DNA of 64,000 nt from Catajapyx aquilonaris (taxonomy: Eukaryota). The stretch lies in contig JYFJ02001217.1 of the NCBI GenBank assembly GCA_000934665.2, positions 1-64,000 on the forward strand, read 5' to 3'. The notes below the pieces were generated by a model, which was not told the origin of the DNA, made no database searches, and worked only from the letters and a program-made list of their open reading frames with translations. The number at the start of each line of letters is the position of its first letter. Positions within the stretch are counted from its first letter, which is position 1. The translations under genes and the position numbers were made by a program. Of the stretch, positions 49,501 through 58,717 are shown in pieces.

Positions 49501-52053
49501 ATGAATTTCCAAACGAACGACGGCACAGTCTATACAGGGTGGTCCAACTTCAAGTGTCGTTTTATAACGCCGATTAATAGCAGTGATTTTGCGATGACGT
49601 AGCAGCGACGTGCAAAATGTCCCACTTTGGCGCCATCGAAAATATTAGCTGCCAATAGCAACACACATGTAATCAACCCTGCTGCTGGGTTGACCGGGAA
49701 AAAAGGAGGTGCACACATGACCTGCGATGCGCCTGGGTGAAATGGGTGACGTCCAAGGCACCAGATGGACCATGGACCTGTAATGCAAGGGGGAAGCCTG
49801 CAAACGAAACACAGCAAATATTTTCGATGGCGCCGAAGTGGGCCATTTTACACGTGGCTGCTACGATAATCGTAAAGCGCTTCTATTAATAGCCGTTATA
49901 AAACGACACTTGAAGTTGGACCACCCTGTATTGCATGCAAACGGCAAATCCTTTCAAGACATTAGTGAGAATCGTAGAAGTCAGTGTATGAAATTTCTTA
50001 CAGCGATGGAAGACAGTTGTTGTGCGTGGCCCACGTGATCAATCCATGATACGGTCTTCAATCGATAAAAATTATAATAGATGATTATTAAAACTGCGAC
50101 AAAAGGACACTATATGCAATATTTTGCATGACGAGAAAAAAAATCCCAGACCTTTGATCTTGATAACTATAGTCTGATACGCTGTTTTATTGCAGCACCG
50201 TCAAGTGGCAGATCAGCAGCTTGGAAATGCAAAATATCTCCTTTTCTATTGTGATAAGAGACGAACTGAAAGAAGCTTCTTTCAGGATCCATGAATCTCG
50301 CATGCTATACAAACTCAAATCAGTTCGTCTTGCGGCTGTGCTGTTCGTCTCTTATCACAATAGAAATGCCTGTGGTGGTGATGAGACACCTGAGTGTTAG
50401 CTTCTTTTCTTTCCGCTACGCTGATTACCACTTTCATATAGGGAAGTGACGTGATATTGTTTGTTTGCGTGCAACAAATACGCATGAAGCGATCGTGATG
50501 GCCCATCAGAGATACATACCTTGCCATTAAAACATGAATTCATTCAGGAAAATCCAGTTTTTTGTTTTGTTCTAGAACTATACGATTAAGAGAAGACGAA
50601 CTTCATTAACTCACCGCATAGGGCATAGGCAGTGTTCCAGCACGGCGTAACGCGGGAAACTCACCAGCAAGTCATAAAATTGTCATTTTTGTTGCATTTA
50701 ATAGACTATAGACTGCAAAGAACTGTTACACTAGCATGGAAGAACGGAGAATGGCCATAATATGACATCACTTCCAAATCTGCTGAACAATAGCCTTACA
50801 TGTTATACTGTATACGAATAGCAATGGAAGTAGATAACAGTATATAAGATCGTTATTCCCAATCATGCTTATTTCGGCACAAATGAGTGTATTTACGGAA
50901 CTCGTGTCCTACACATCGTTCATTCCTGCACCGTGTTTCGTTATTAGCTTAGATTTTAATCAGTGGACATGTTTCTGGGACATTTCCAACGTTGGTACCT
51001 GGTTGGTACAGTATTCCTGATATATGTCCCGAGTTCGATCCCCGAATCGGACAGAGGATACTTATGCGGATAGAGATTCGAATGGTTCTCTCCGTGTTCA
51101 CGTGGTTTTCTCGGGGCTCTCCCGTTTCCTCCCACTTAAAAATCCATCACATTACAGGCAAATTATTAAAGTCGATGAATGAAAAGATGATCCCCCTAAA
51201 AGGCCCAAGGAGGCTTATCACGGGGTAGCCATTACTATTCCTGAGATCTGGTCTGTCAGAAGATGCCCCGCACACCTCTTATTCCCGTCCATATTCTCCC
51301 CATTCAGGGGGCCATCAGGGCCGTGTGCGTCGGATTTCTGCCTACTTATATCCTAATGTAAGTTTAATCATGAATCAAACTGTATACACAATAGGCAGAT
51401 GCTAGATTTAGAAGAAGCAACAAACGGATGAGCTTTACCCGGATCCACAATCACTGTGCTGCGCACAAGCAACTACGCGTAAAGAGTAAAATAATCGCGC
51501 TGCATTGCGAAATAACCCACACCGACGTGGTGTGTCACATGCACACAACAATTTACAACATCGCTGGCTGTTTTACTTCTCTCCGCCCGAATCAATAACG
51601 CTTGCATAAAATGAGCCACAAATCCGGTTTCACAAACACCGGCTTGCGTACAGCCACGTGTGAGCTGGTGAGCTCCAGCTTCTAATGCAGTTACAGCGTT
51701 ACTATACATAGAATGAAAGGCCGTGAAACAGCGAGAAGTCCGGCCGCATATATACGAACAAGTCGCCAAATTCAGTCGTACGGTAAGTAAAAATAATGCA
51801 GGCTCCGACTGTAGTTAAATCGCCAAATCCAGTGATGTCTCTGTCTCAATGTTACCGTACAGTGTAGAGTTGCGTTTGAGCAGACACCGCCGACTGGAGA
51901 TTCTCCTCTCCGTAAAACAAAGAATACAGGCGGGTACTTACAAGAATGGAGGCACTCGATGATGGTAGTGGCGTCGACCAGGTACCCCGCACATAATTTG
52001 CACAGGAGTTCCGGGTGCAGCTCGGCCAACTTGACCCTCGGAGGCCGCAACAT
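8413..52053 (-). CDS. Psc: Polycomb group RING finger protein, Psc/Su(z)2/BMI1 (PCGF2/4) family; 8 coding exons, 1160 aa (RING + RAWUL + long disordered C-terminal region)
   Basis: Join of 52053-51942 (112 nt), 38171-38075 (97), 37447-37338 (110), 37069-36964 (106), 26333-26231 (103), 25276-25181 (96), 15980-15900 (81) and 11190-8413 (2778) = 3483 nt. The frame is open throughout and all introns are GT-AG. The N-terminus [98 protein letters not shown] is recognisably BMI1/Psc-like. The symbol reflects the family and the long tail; exact orthology (Psc vs Su(z)2) is not resolved. Confidence 0.93.
13780..14070 (-). mobile_element. tRNA-derived SINE-like element
   Basis: The minus strand has an A-box-like gtggcgctgcgg and a B-box ggtcccgggttcgatcccagccc, followed by a GC-rich body. 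It does not close as a tRNA cloverleaf. Confidence 0.5.
14996..15680. mobile_element. Possible old Tc1/mariner-type non-autonomous element
   Basis: TA|CAGGGTGATCCAAAAGA at the left end and TCTTTAAGGGCACCCTG at the right end; the TIR match is short and imperfect. Confidence 0.4.
15900..15980 (-). CDS. Psc: Coding exon 7: RAWUL ([27 protein letters not shown])
   Basis: Acceptor cctttttctttcgcag|, donor AGA|GTAAGT; 81 nt; matches the YTLMD(I/V)AYIY.W motif. Confidence 0.96.
19816..20391. mobile_element. Fold-back MITE with ~260-bp inverted arms and an apparent TAA target-site duplication
   Basis: taa|CAAGGGAAGTGTAAG...CTTACACTTCCCTTG|taa. The arms match nearly base for base, apart from one ~11-bp indel and scattered substitutions. 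Superfamily uncertain: a TAA TSD fits PIF/Harbinger-type elements but the termini are atypical. Confidence 0.88.
20575..20894. mobile_element. Tc1/mariner-type MITE (320 bp)
   Basis: TA|CAGGGTGTTCCGGATTCGTAGGCCACTTTT ... AAAAGTGACCCACGAATCTGGAACACCCTG|TA; internal hairpin acggctctgtctgtctg / cagacagacagagccgt. Confidence 0.85.
25181..25276 (-). CDS. Psc: Coding exon 6: RAWUL core ([32 protein letters not shown])
   Basis: Acceptor tctttacgtgttccag|, donor CGA|GTGAGT; 96 nt, phase 0 to 0; matches the RYLxCPA..T...L.KF.R.K motif of PCGF RAWUL domains. Confidence 0.95.
26231..26333 (-). CDS. Psc: Coding exon 5: variable RAWUL loop ([34 protein letters not shown])
   Basis: Strong acceptor ttttctttttctgttgcag|, donor CAA|GTAAGT; 103 nt. 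Phase 2 to 0 is what is needed to bridge exons 4 and 6. The sequence is low-complexity, so support comes from splice signals and phase. Confidence 0.85.
35956..36647 (-). mobile_element. Internally deleted Tc1/mariner-superfamily element with long TIRs and a decayed transposase C-terminal motif
   Basis: TA|CAGGGT...CACCCTG|TA with >150 bp of diverged inverted arms. The minus strand at ~36225-36270 reads [13 protein letters not shown] then frameshifts, matching the SPDLxPxDFxLW transposase motif. Confidence 0.8.
36964..37069 (-). CDS. Psc: Coding exon 4: linker and first RAWUL strand ([35 protein letters not shown])
   Basis: Acceptor ttttccctttcttggcag|, donor GC|GTGAGT; 106 nt, phase 1 to 2; EDKGE...[12 protein letters not shown] resembles the Psc/BMI1 linker and RAWUL start. 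Confidence 0.93.
37338..37447 (-). CDS. Psc: Coding exon 3: post-RING helices ([36 protein letters not shown])
   Basis: Acceptor ccaccattgcag|, donor CAG|GTAATG; 110 nt, phase 2 to 1; carries the PCGF hallmark [15 protein letters not shown]. Confidence 0.96.
38075..38171 (-). CDS. Psc: Coding exon 2: second half of the RING ([33 protein letters not shown])
   Basis: Acceptor ttctttcctttccgcag|, donor AG|GTGAGT; 97 nt, phase 1 to 2; supplies the last two CxxC pairs. Confidence 0.96.
44047..44965 (+). mobile_element. Degenerate mariner element (transposase pseudogene remnant)
   Basis: TIRs cgagggttgttcgataattattggcaacac / gtgttgccaataatattatcggacaacccacg. The + strand at ~44657-44712 reads [10 protein letters not shown], a frameshift, then YSSDMSTC, a decayed mariner HPPYSPD(L/M)xPxD motif. 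Confidence 0.8.
46499..46578. repeat. (AAT)n microsatellite
   Basis: Seen directly. Confidence 0.97.
48055..48170 (+). mobile_element. tRNA-derived SINE-like copy (V-domain-like core)
   Basis: B-box-like gttcaattcc followed by gtgttcgcgtgggtttcctcgcgattctcccgtttccttccac; related copies at ~51024, ~53331 and ~58668. Confidence 0.6.
48551..49265. mobile_element. Non-autonomous piggyBac-like fold-back element (715 bp)
   Basis: TTAA at 48547-48550 and 49266-49269 flanks CCCCTTCAGCCCCAG...CTGGGGCTGAAGGGG. The arms are near-perfect inverted repeats for roughly 320 bp. No coding capacity. Confidence 0.9.
49535..49928. mobile_element. Tc1/mariner-type MITE with ~110-bp TIRs
   Basis: TA|CAGGGTGGTCCAACTTCAAGTGTCGTTTTATAACG ... 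CGTTATAAAACGACACTTGAAGTTGGACCACCCTG|TA. Confidence 0.9.
51024..51146 (+). mobile_element. tRNA-derived SINE-like copy (same family as 48055)
   Basis: gagttcgatcccc ... gtgttcacgtggttttctcggggctctcccgtttcctcccac. Confidence 0.6.
51942..52053 (-). CDS. Psc: Coding exon 1: first half of the RING ([37 protein letters not shown])
   Basis: ATG at 52053-52051 and donor T|GTAAGT at 51941. An acceptor ttttctcctcttgtacag| at 52081 shows the exon starts at 52080, so at least one further exon lies upstream. Confidence 0.95.
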
Positions 52054-53330
52054 GATGACGTCGCTCCTGGCTGCCTGCGCCTGTACAAGAGGAGAAAATC
52101 CAACAGCATGAGGACCTTGTTGTCGGCATGTCCCCCCTTCACAACCCTCCATCCATCCACCTCCCTCCCCCCGGCTTAAGAACGAGGGGGAGGGGAGGGG
52201 GAGGGGGGGGGGGCAGCATGGATGGACCAGTTTTTCTAGTCCCCCATCCACTCTACATTTCCATGCACGCGGGCCTTTGTGCAGAGAGAGAGAGAGAGAG
52301 AGAGAACGATGGGGGGAACTCACCCTCTCCATTACGCACCCGCCCAATTATTTATTTACCACCTGCATGCATCACCCCCAGCCTGGACTGTAGTACACCG
52401 TGGAAAGTACACATCACACATTGACACACCTGGCTGCGGGGGGACTACTACTCGGCCCCTGTCAATACTCGTAGGCTGCACACCCGAATTCCGGGCAATA
52501 AACAAGGCGGCAACGCCCGCGCTTCCTTAAATGCTGCGCAACACGGAAATAAATAACTCCGGTTGGCTCATTTCCAGCCCCCTCTTCTCTCTTTCCATCC
52601 ACCTACTATACTATACATATACGGGGAAGTCGACCCAGCCAGCAGCTTGCAGTCCCCCAGCTAAAGCCCCCCGTCTTAGCCCATTTAAATCAAGCCACCA
52701 TTTTTCTCTGTAGGTCTGAGCTGGCTGCTGGGCTTGGGCTGGGCTGCTGGCTGGGTGCCTGCTAATGCTTGGTTGCAGCTCGGAATGAAATGGATGCTGG
52801 TTCCGAGGCGGATTCGTGCCGACCGCGGAGGGAGAGGGAATAAGACATGGCGCCGATTGACGTCGAGGGGGGACCCTCCGCGAATCGGCGCTAACAGGTT
52901 TACGGGAGGGTCGTTATCCATTCGACAAACAGGAACCCGTGGCATCATTCAAGCCAGGCCAGGGGAATCCGGCTTCCGTACGGTATACATACAAAAAATG
53001 CTGTTATCTACTCATATTCGTGGCTCCAGGGGGTTTCAGGCTCAGGGTGGACCGTTCCTAATTACATTATTAGACAGGGACATAATTCATCGAATGTTGC
53101 GGATTATTTATTGAGACAAATATTTGCTTTGCGATTTACGGCGTGTGGCAACTATCTCTCAATATCATTGGGAGATATAGAGTGGCGGGAAAATAAGATA
53201 GCAATTACACGAGGTGCATTAACACAGAGGACTGAATCTAGAGTGCACGGCATCGTGACCGCGTCGATAGAGCTCGTCTGGTCCTAAGTGTAAATGCCAT
53301 GCATTAATCTAAAACGTGCCCTTCCAACTC

Positions 53331-53460
53331 CGTGGTTCAGAGTTCGATTCCCGGATTGGGCGAGGGATTTGTCACGTGCGGTGAATTAGCAATGGGTTCA
53401 CTGGCCGTTCACTGCTTGCGTGGGTTTTTCTGGGTTCTCCCATTTCCACTCATCCAAGAC
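53331..53460 (+). mobile_element. tRNA-derived SINE-like copy (same family as 48055)
   Basis: gagttcgattccc ... gcttgcgtgggtttttctgggttctcccatttcc. Confidence 0.55.
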
Positions 53461-54634
53461 ACCTGCACAATGAGGTGATAAATAAAGTTGGATGCGCTTC
53501 ACCTAAGAGCCCGCAAACTATCCGAGCATTAAATCATTATTATTATTAGCATTATGTGTCACCATCTGCAGGGAAAGTTAAGTGTCAGAGAAGACGAACG
53601 AGCAGTTTTTGTCTGAAGTATGCTTGGTCAACGAATGATGCTCCCCTCCCAAAAAAGGGCTGTTATCTTCTTCCCCTCAGACCCCAAGGGGAATCGAGAA
53701 GGAAAAATGGTTGCCCGTCAACCACCCTCGACGCCCATAGTGCTGGAATCAAATGCAAAGAAAGATGATGCTTCCTCACTTTATACATGCATCGTGCTCA
53801 CACGAAACGAGTTGGTTTAGACAAAAACTGTGCGTGATCAAGTCTATAGCACATGGGTTATCAAAAATGAGTTTATGTCTGCTGGATTTACGTGATTTTT
53901 TTCCTCAGGACTGCGGTAGAGCAGACTCATACGGTTAACCTCCAATTTGGCCATATGTATATCCTCCCAAATTGAAATTTTAAAATTGTATTGTAAACAA
54001 TGCAGCGGAATATTTTATGAGCAACATCAAGAAGCGCTACACAACTCGTAGCCAAAATGTGTTCATGCTGTATATGCCCCTTGGTGGGGGATAATACAAG
54101 ATTGGCTACACGTAACACTTGTTGCTGGTTCCTCTTGAGGAGGAATTCGCTGTGAATTAGCCAGTCTATATAACACCTGGATCGTGCATGTCTGGCTCAT
54201 TTCGAAGACGTAGACAAATGTGATAATGTGTTTTTTTCCCCTCTGAAAGCCATTTTTTACGTTGGTCATTAGTATTATAATAATCACTTGTGCCATGGTA
54301 TACAAAATAACTGGTCTATTTTACCAGGAGAACGACCCGGATCATTTACTGTGGCGTAACATGCAAGGACAACAATTCAAACCGTCTGCAAGGAGTAGAA
54401 TTTGTATAGGGCACATATAGACCGTGGGGTACATTATCATAGAATAACCCTTAGCTCACTGCTTTCATTAGCGACTATTTTTTTCCCCCTGTATGTGCAT
54501 GACGCTTTAGCTTGGACAGAAATGGACCGGATTTCACCACTCGTGGACTACGAGTACATGGAAAATAGTTCCGACACCATTTAAATGCCGATAAATAACA
54601 ATAATAAACATGCCGTTTTTGACACTCCGCGAGC

Positions 54635-54695
54635 CGTGCAACCACAGACAACGTGCAACCACAGACAACGTGCAACCACAGACAACGTGCAACCA
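54635..54695. repeat. 17-bp tandem repeat, about 3.6 perfect copies (cgtgcaaccacagacaa)
   Basis: Seen directly. Confidence 0.92.
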
Positions 54696-55069
54696 GTCCT
54701 TACACGTATATTTTAAAGCCGAATCGTAAGGGAAAACACTGATCGCTATAGATATCTACAGTTACGCTATTCAGTCTCTTAAAATGGCTTCCCTGAAGTT
54801 TCCAGACTCCAACAGAACTTGAACAGAACTACTAATCCCGCATATACTGACAGCATCAGAGAGCCCCTTATATAATAGCGCATAATGCAATTCTATTTAG
54901 TTTCCCAAACAGCAGCTGGAAAGTCACCAAAGAGGCCCACAACTTATGATACAAATTTTATAACTTTGCATTAATTTTGGCTACTCGATCATTTAAGAAA
55001 TGGATATATACAGGCTTATATTGTACTTATTTTCCGTAAGGTCTTATAGGAATCGGTAAAAGGGGGTCT

Positions 55070-55399
55070 AGAGTGGCAATGCTACTGGCCAGCCAAGCGG
55101 GAGGTCCGTGGTTCAAATCCGTCCCCGTCACCTCTGCTTGGTCCGGTCATTTTCTGCTTTTCACCCGACATGTCCGGACAGACTTGCACTCCCTTCTCTG
55201 CCCAGGGCCAGGATAAAAGGTATGGTATTTAAGATGGTCAGAAATAACTATGGGAACCTCCCCTTCCCCTCCCGCCCAGGGACCAGGGCGTTGCAGGAGC
55301 AGGATGTAGGCTATTGTATGTATGCGATTAAAATAAAGGCCCGTGTAATACCTCATGTGAGGTCCGCACTACCCATCATCATCATCATCATCATCATCA

Positions 55400-55445
<46 letters not shown>
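55070..55445 (+). mobile_element. tRNA-derived SINE-like element ending in an (ATC)n(ATT)n tail
   Basis: gagtggcaatg...gggaggtccgtggttcaaatcc head; microsatellite tail at 55374-55445. Confidence 0.45.
55374..55445. repeat. Compound (ATC)n-(ATT)n microsatellite
   Basis: Seen directly. Confidence 0.97.
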
Positions 55446-55446
<1 letters not shown>

Positions 55447-57525
55447 GGAATCGGTATTGACTGACAGTAACGACACCGCACCTGCATTATTGCTGCAGTA
55501 GGCCTAATGCGCTTGTTTCTCCCAAATTCTACTCTTTATGTGAGTTCCTGTTGAGATGCCTGGGAAAGGATGCGCAGCACATTAATTAGATCTGCATTCC
55601 TTGTAGGAAAATTGGTGCAAGTTCATGTAAATGATTGTAGGGTATGTAGGCAAATGTGCATAACCCATAATATAGAAAATCGCAATTTGGCTTCCCCTTT
55701 GTCAAAGTTAAGCTCCTTGCTGGATGAGTCATTATAGCCATATATGTCCAAAAATGACATAGTGGAAGCTTGGCGGTTACCACGGTATATTGCAATCTTC
55801 TTCGTGATTGTAGACCGTAGACCTATTAAGTTACCACGGCAACGCCCGAACTTCCACTGCAATACTGCTGGAATACACATCAGATATAATGAGTGTGGTA
55901 TACATCGATCTGTAAAATCCGAACCACGCTGCGGCCAATATCTCGTTTTGTGCCTCGGCTTAGACCAGAGCACAACACAAACCTAATATCCGCTGCGGCG
56001 GTTTTCCCCATTAGTTACGATATGGTCTATACATAGTCTACACATATCAATTCCCTGCGCAAACATCATCGGGTCATTCACCAATCGGATCCAGATACAG
56101 TTATAATCCCCAGACAGCTGAATGCAGGCATCAGACGACTATATAAAGTGTTGATTGACACAAATCACCTACTTCCATCAAGCAGAAAAGTTACATGCTG
56201 CACGCTTTCATTCAAATTACTGTCAGCTCCTTTCCAACCATTATCATGCAAGAATAAGCTATGCTGACGGCGATTGCTGCGAAAATGATCATTGCATTAC
56301 ATCATGACATGTCCCGCATGATGCTGCGAAGGAGAAGACCACCTGACTCTCGAGCACCATCCGTAAAGAGGTCGTGGTGTCCGAAAGCAGTTGGCATAAC
56401 TGGCTGCTTCGCAAGTCAAGGTTGCAAAACAAGTTATTCCACACCTGAATGACCTAGGCTACTACAATTAGGGACGCCAACTTTTATGTCAGCCCGGTCT
56501 CCCGGTCAAGAAAAACCCTTCCCTGAGTCACCTTTCGCGCAGTTGTCCACGATTCATTGTGGGCCGCACTCTCTCGGTGGTGGGTCCCCTATTGGGCGTG
56601 GGGAAAAAGAATGGGGCGCCCGCAGAATGATCAAGAAAGGAGCGGGAGGTGAAGGAGTCGTCCTTCACCATTTCGAGTGAACGATCCTCCACATTTTATG
56701 TGGGACAGGGTCATGTCTCGCGGGCAAACTGTCGGCGTGCGCGATAAATTCGCAACGTGTGGACCCAGCAGCCTCTATACCAGTGTTTTCGCACAAGAAA
56801 GATCTTGCGCCATTGATTTCTTCCCAACTCGGTATACACACACACACCATCCAGCAGCACCCACTCGTTTGCCCGCCAAGAATATCCTCTTTTTCACCTT
56901 CATCTGCAGTCAGAGTCGGCCATGTTCCATAAAAGAGGCGTTCATTGTGCGTTCCCTGGTACCGGCTGCGGCTCATGCTGTATGCTGTATGCCGCTGACT
57001 TTATGATGCATCACTTATACACGTGTGGATACAAAAGCTCGCATATGGTGCAACATTCCCGCATATCCATGGGAATTGTCAGTATAAGTTCGACATGGGA
57101 CAGTCTGGGGTTAGCCATTAGCAGTAGTGTATTTACATGCACTGTATGGCTCAATTAGTGCACCTCGTTTGCATATCTGTACTCGTGAAGTCTCTCTGCG
57201 GGAAAGTCCACGCCAAGAATGCAGCAAAAGTTTGGCTGTTACATTAATCCCGCATGTTATTGCAACCCTCCAGGTGATTGATTATGGCAACGGCAAACTT
57301 CAGCGGCAATCACACAGCCTGTAAATTAAATCATCCATCGCCATTTTTGAAGCCAGGCAAGGGCAAGGCATGATTGGCATGCGTGAAGTAAATGGCCATC
57401 CCAAAAAGGCCTTCAGCCAACTTTCTAACTCATCAGCTTCCACAAGTTGCAGGGACTTGATGGTCGCACAACAAGGGTCGAATTGAGACGGGTCCAGGTG
57501 ATTGATTACCCTTAGCTAGATCAGT

Positions 57526-57960
57526 GGTTTTCAACCTGTATAGTTGGGGACCCATTTGTAAACCGGGAATGGATGGTTCGTAGAAAACTGATTGAAAATG
57601 CATATTTGGATAGGACCGGTCCTTATTATGCCAGCACAAGCGTCCAAAACGGTCGAGCAAACATACGAACCAACTCGAGACAAAAAAATAATAATAAAGT
57701 TTGAGCCCGACATTCTACACTAGCAAACGGTCAAAAAACCGAGAGCAAATAAACTAACAAAAGGGCCCAAGGGAAGTGGGTAATTTAGGGCAGAGCATAT
57801 ATACCTGATTGTGCATCAACACCAGTTCAGTAAGCAATAAACAAAAGATAAGAGAAAACGAGACTGAACCATCAAAATGTTGGGGAGAAAGGATGGGGTG
57901 CATGTGAACGGATGTCATGTGGCGGGTCGCGGGATAGAATAGGTCGAGCGCAACTCAGCC
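57526..57960. mobile_element. Possible decayed hAT (Charlie-like) non-autonomous element
   Basis: Left terminus CAGTGGTTTTCAACC; the right end is only vaguely recognisable (gggtcgcg...aggtcgagcgcaact). Confidence 0.35.
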
Positions 57961-58667
57961 ATGAATATAACAGCTATCGCTTATCCTTCCACCACAGCTA
58001 ATGTGAGGCCTCCCAGTTAGAAGGTCGGGGTGAATGGATAAAACTGGTCTTTATCTAAACAACACGTATAAGGACAATGAGGACGTCCGATCAAAAGAGT
58101 CTGTGAGCCAAAAAGTCAATTTTTGCAACAACAATATATAAACGCGTCGTTTTTCCTTCCACATCTGCAAGCAGAGGATGCTTTAATTTAAACTCGCGGT
58201 TTTAAAATGGTATGATGTCGCTTAAACACGCATTGCCTCGGACAATGTCCCCCAAGCTAATTTTCCCTCGGTTAACGCGCCAATTTCATGCAGGTGTATC
58301 TGACGTGTGGTCCAGCAATGGGACAGGTGTCTTGGGAAGGACACTCCAGTTAACCATGCATTCCAGGCCATTATTGCCTCTCATACGCTTTCGCCTCACG
58401 CCAGTATCACACATTCTTGTATGTCATCCGCTCTTATAGGTCTGAAAAGGCATGGTGGGCCACTTCATTCTGGAATATCTTTTGGTTTTCCTGCCACTCT
58501 GACGTCAACCAAAATTGATCCATAAGTTGAGAAGACCTTTCGGAATAATTAGCAATTTTTGCACTTGCATGATTTGTATACTATGCCCACTGGTTCAGTG
58601 ACTTATTTTTATTAAACCGAAAGGTGCAACACACAATATCAAGAGGTTAGGCCGCTTTCAATAGCGT

Positions 58668-58717
58668 CACCGTGTTCGCGTGGGTTTTCTCAGAGAGTTC
58701 CCTAGTTTTCTCCCACT
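58668..58717 (+). mobile_element. SINE core fragment (same family as 48055)
   Basis: cgtgttcgcgtgggttttctcagagagttccctagttttctcccac. Confidence 0.45.

Noticed and set aside
52081..52347. N-terminal part of the 191-aa ORF 51772-52347
   Set aside because: It lies upstream of a good acceptor at 52081 and runs through simple repeats; read as intron. The part after 51941 is also intron.
54635..54695. CRISPR-like array
   Set aside because: Contiguous tandem units with no spacers, in a eukaryotic context.
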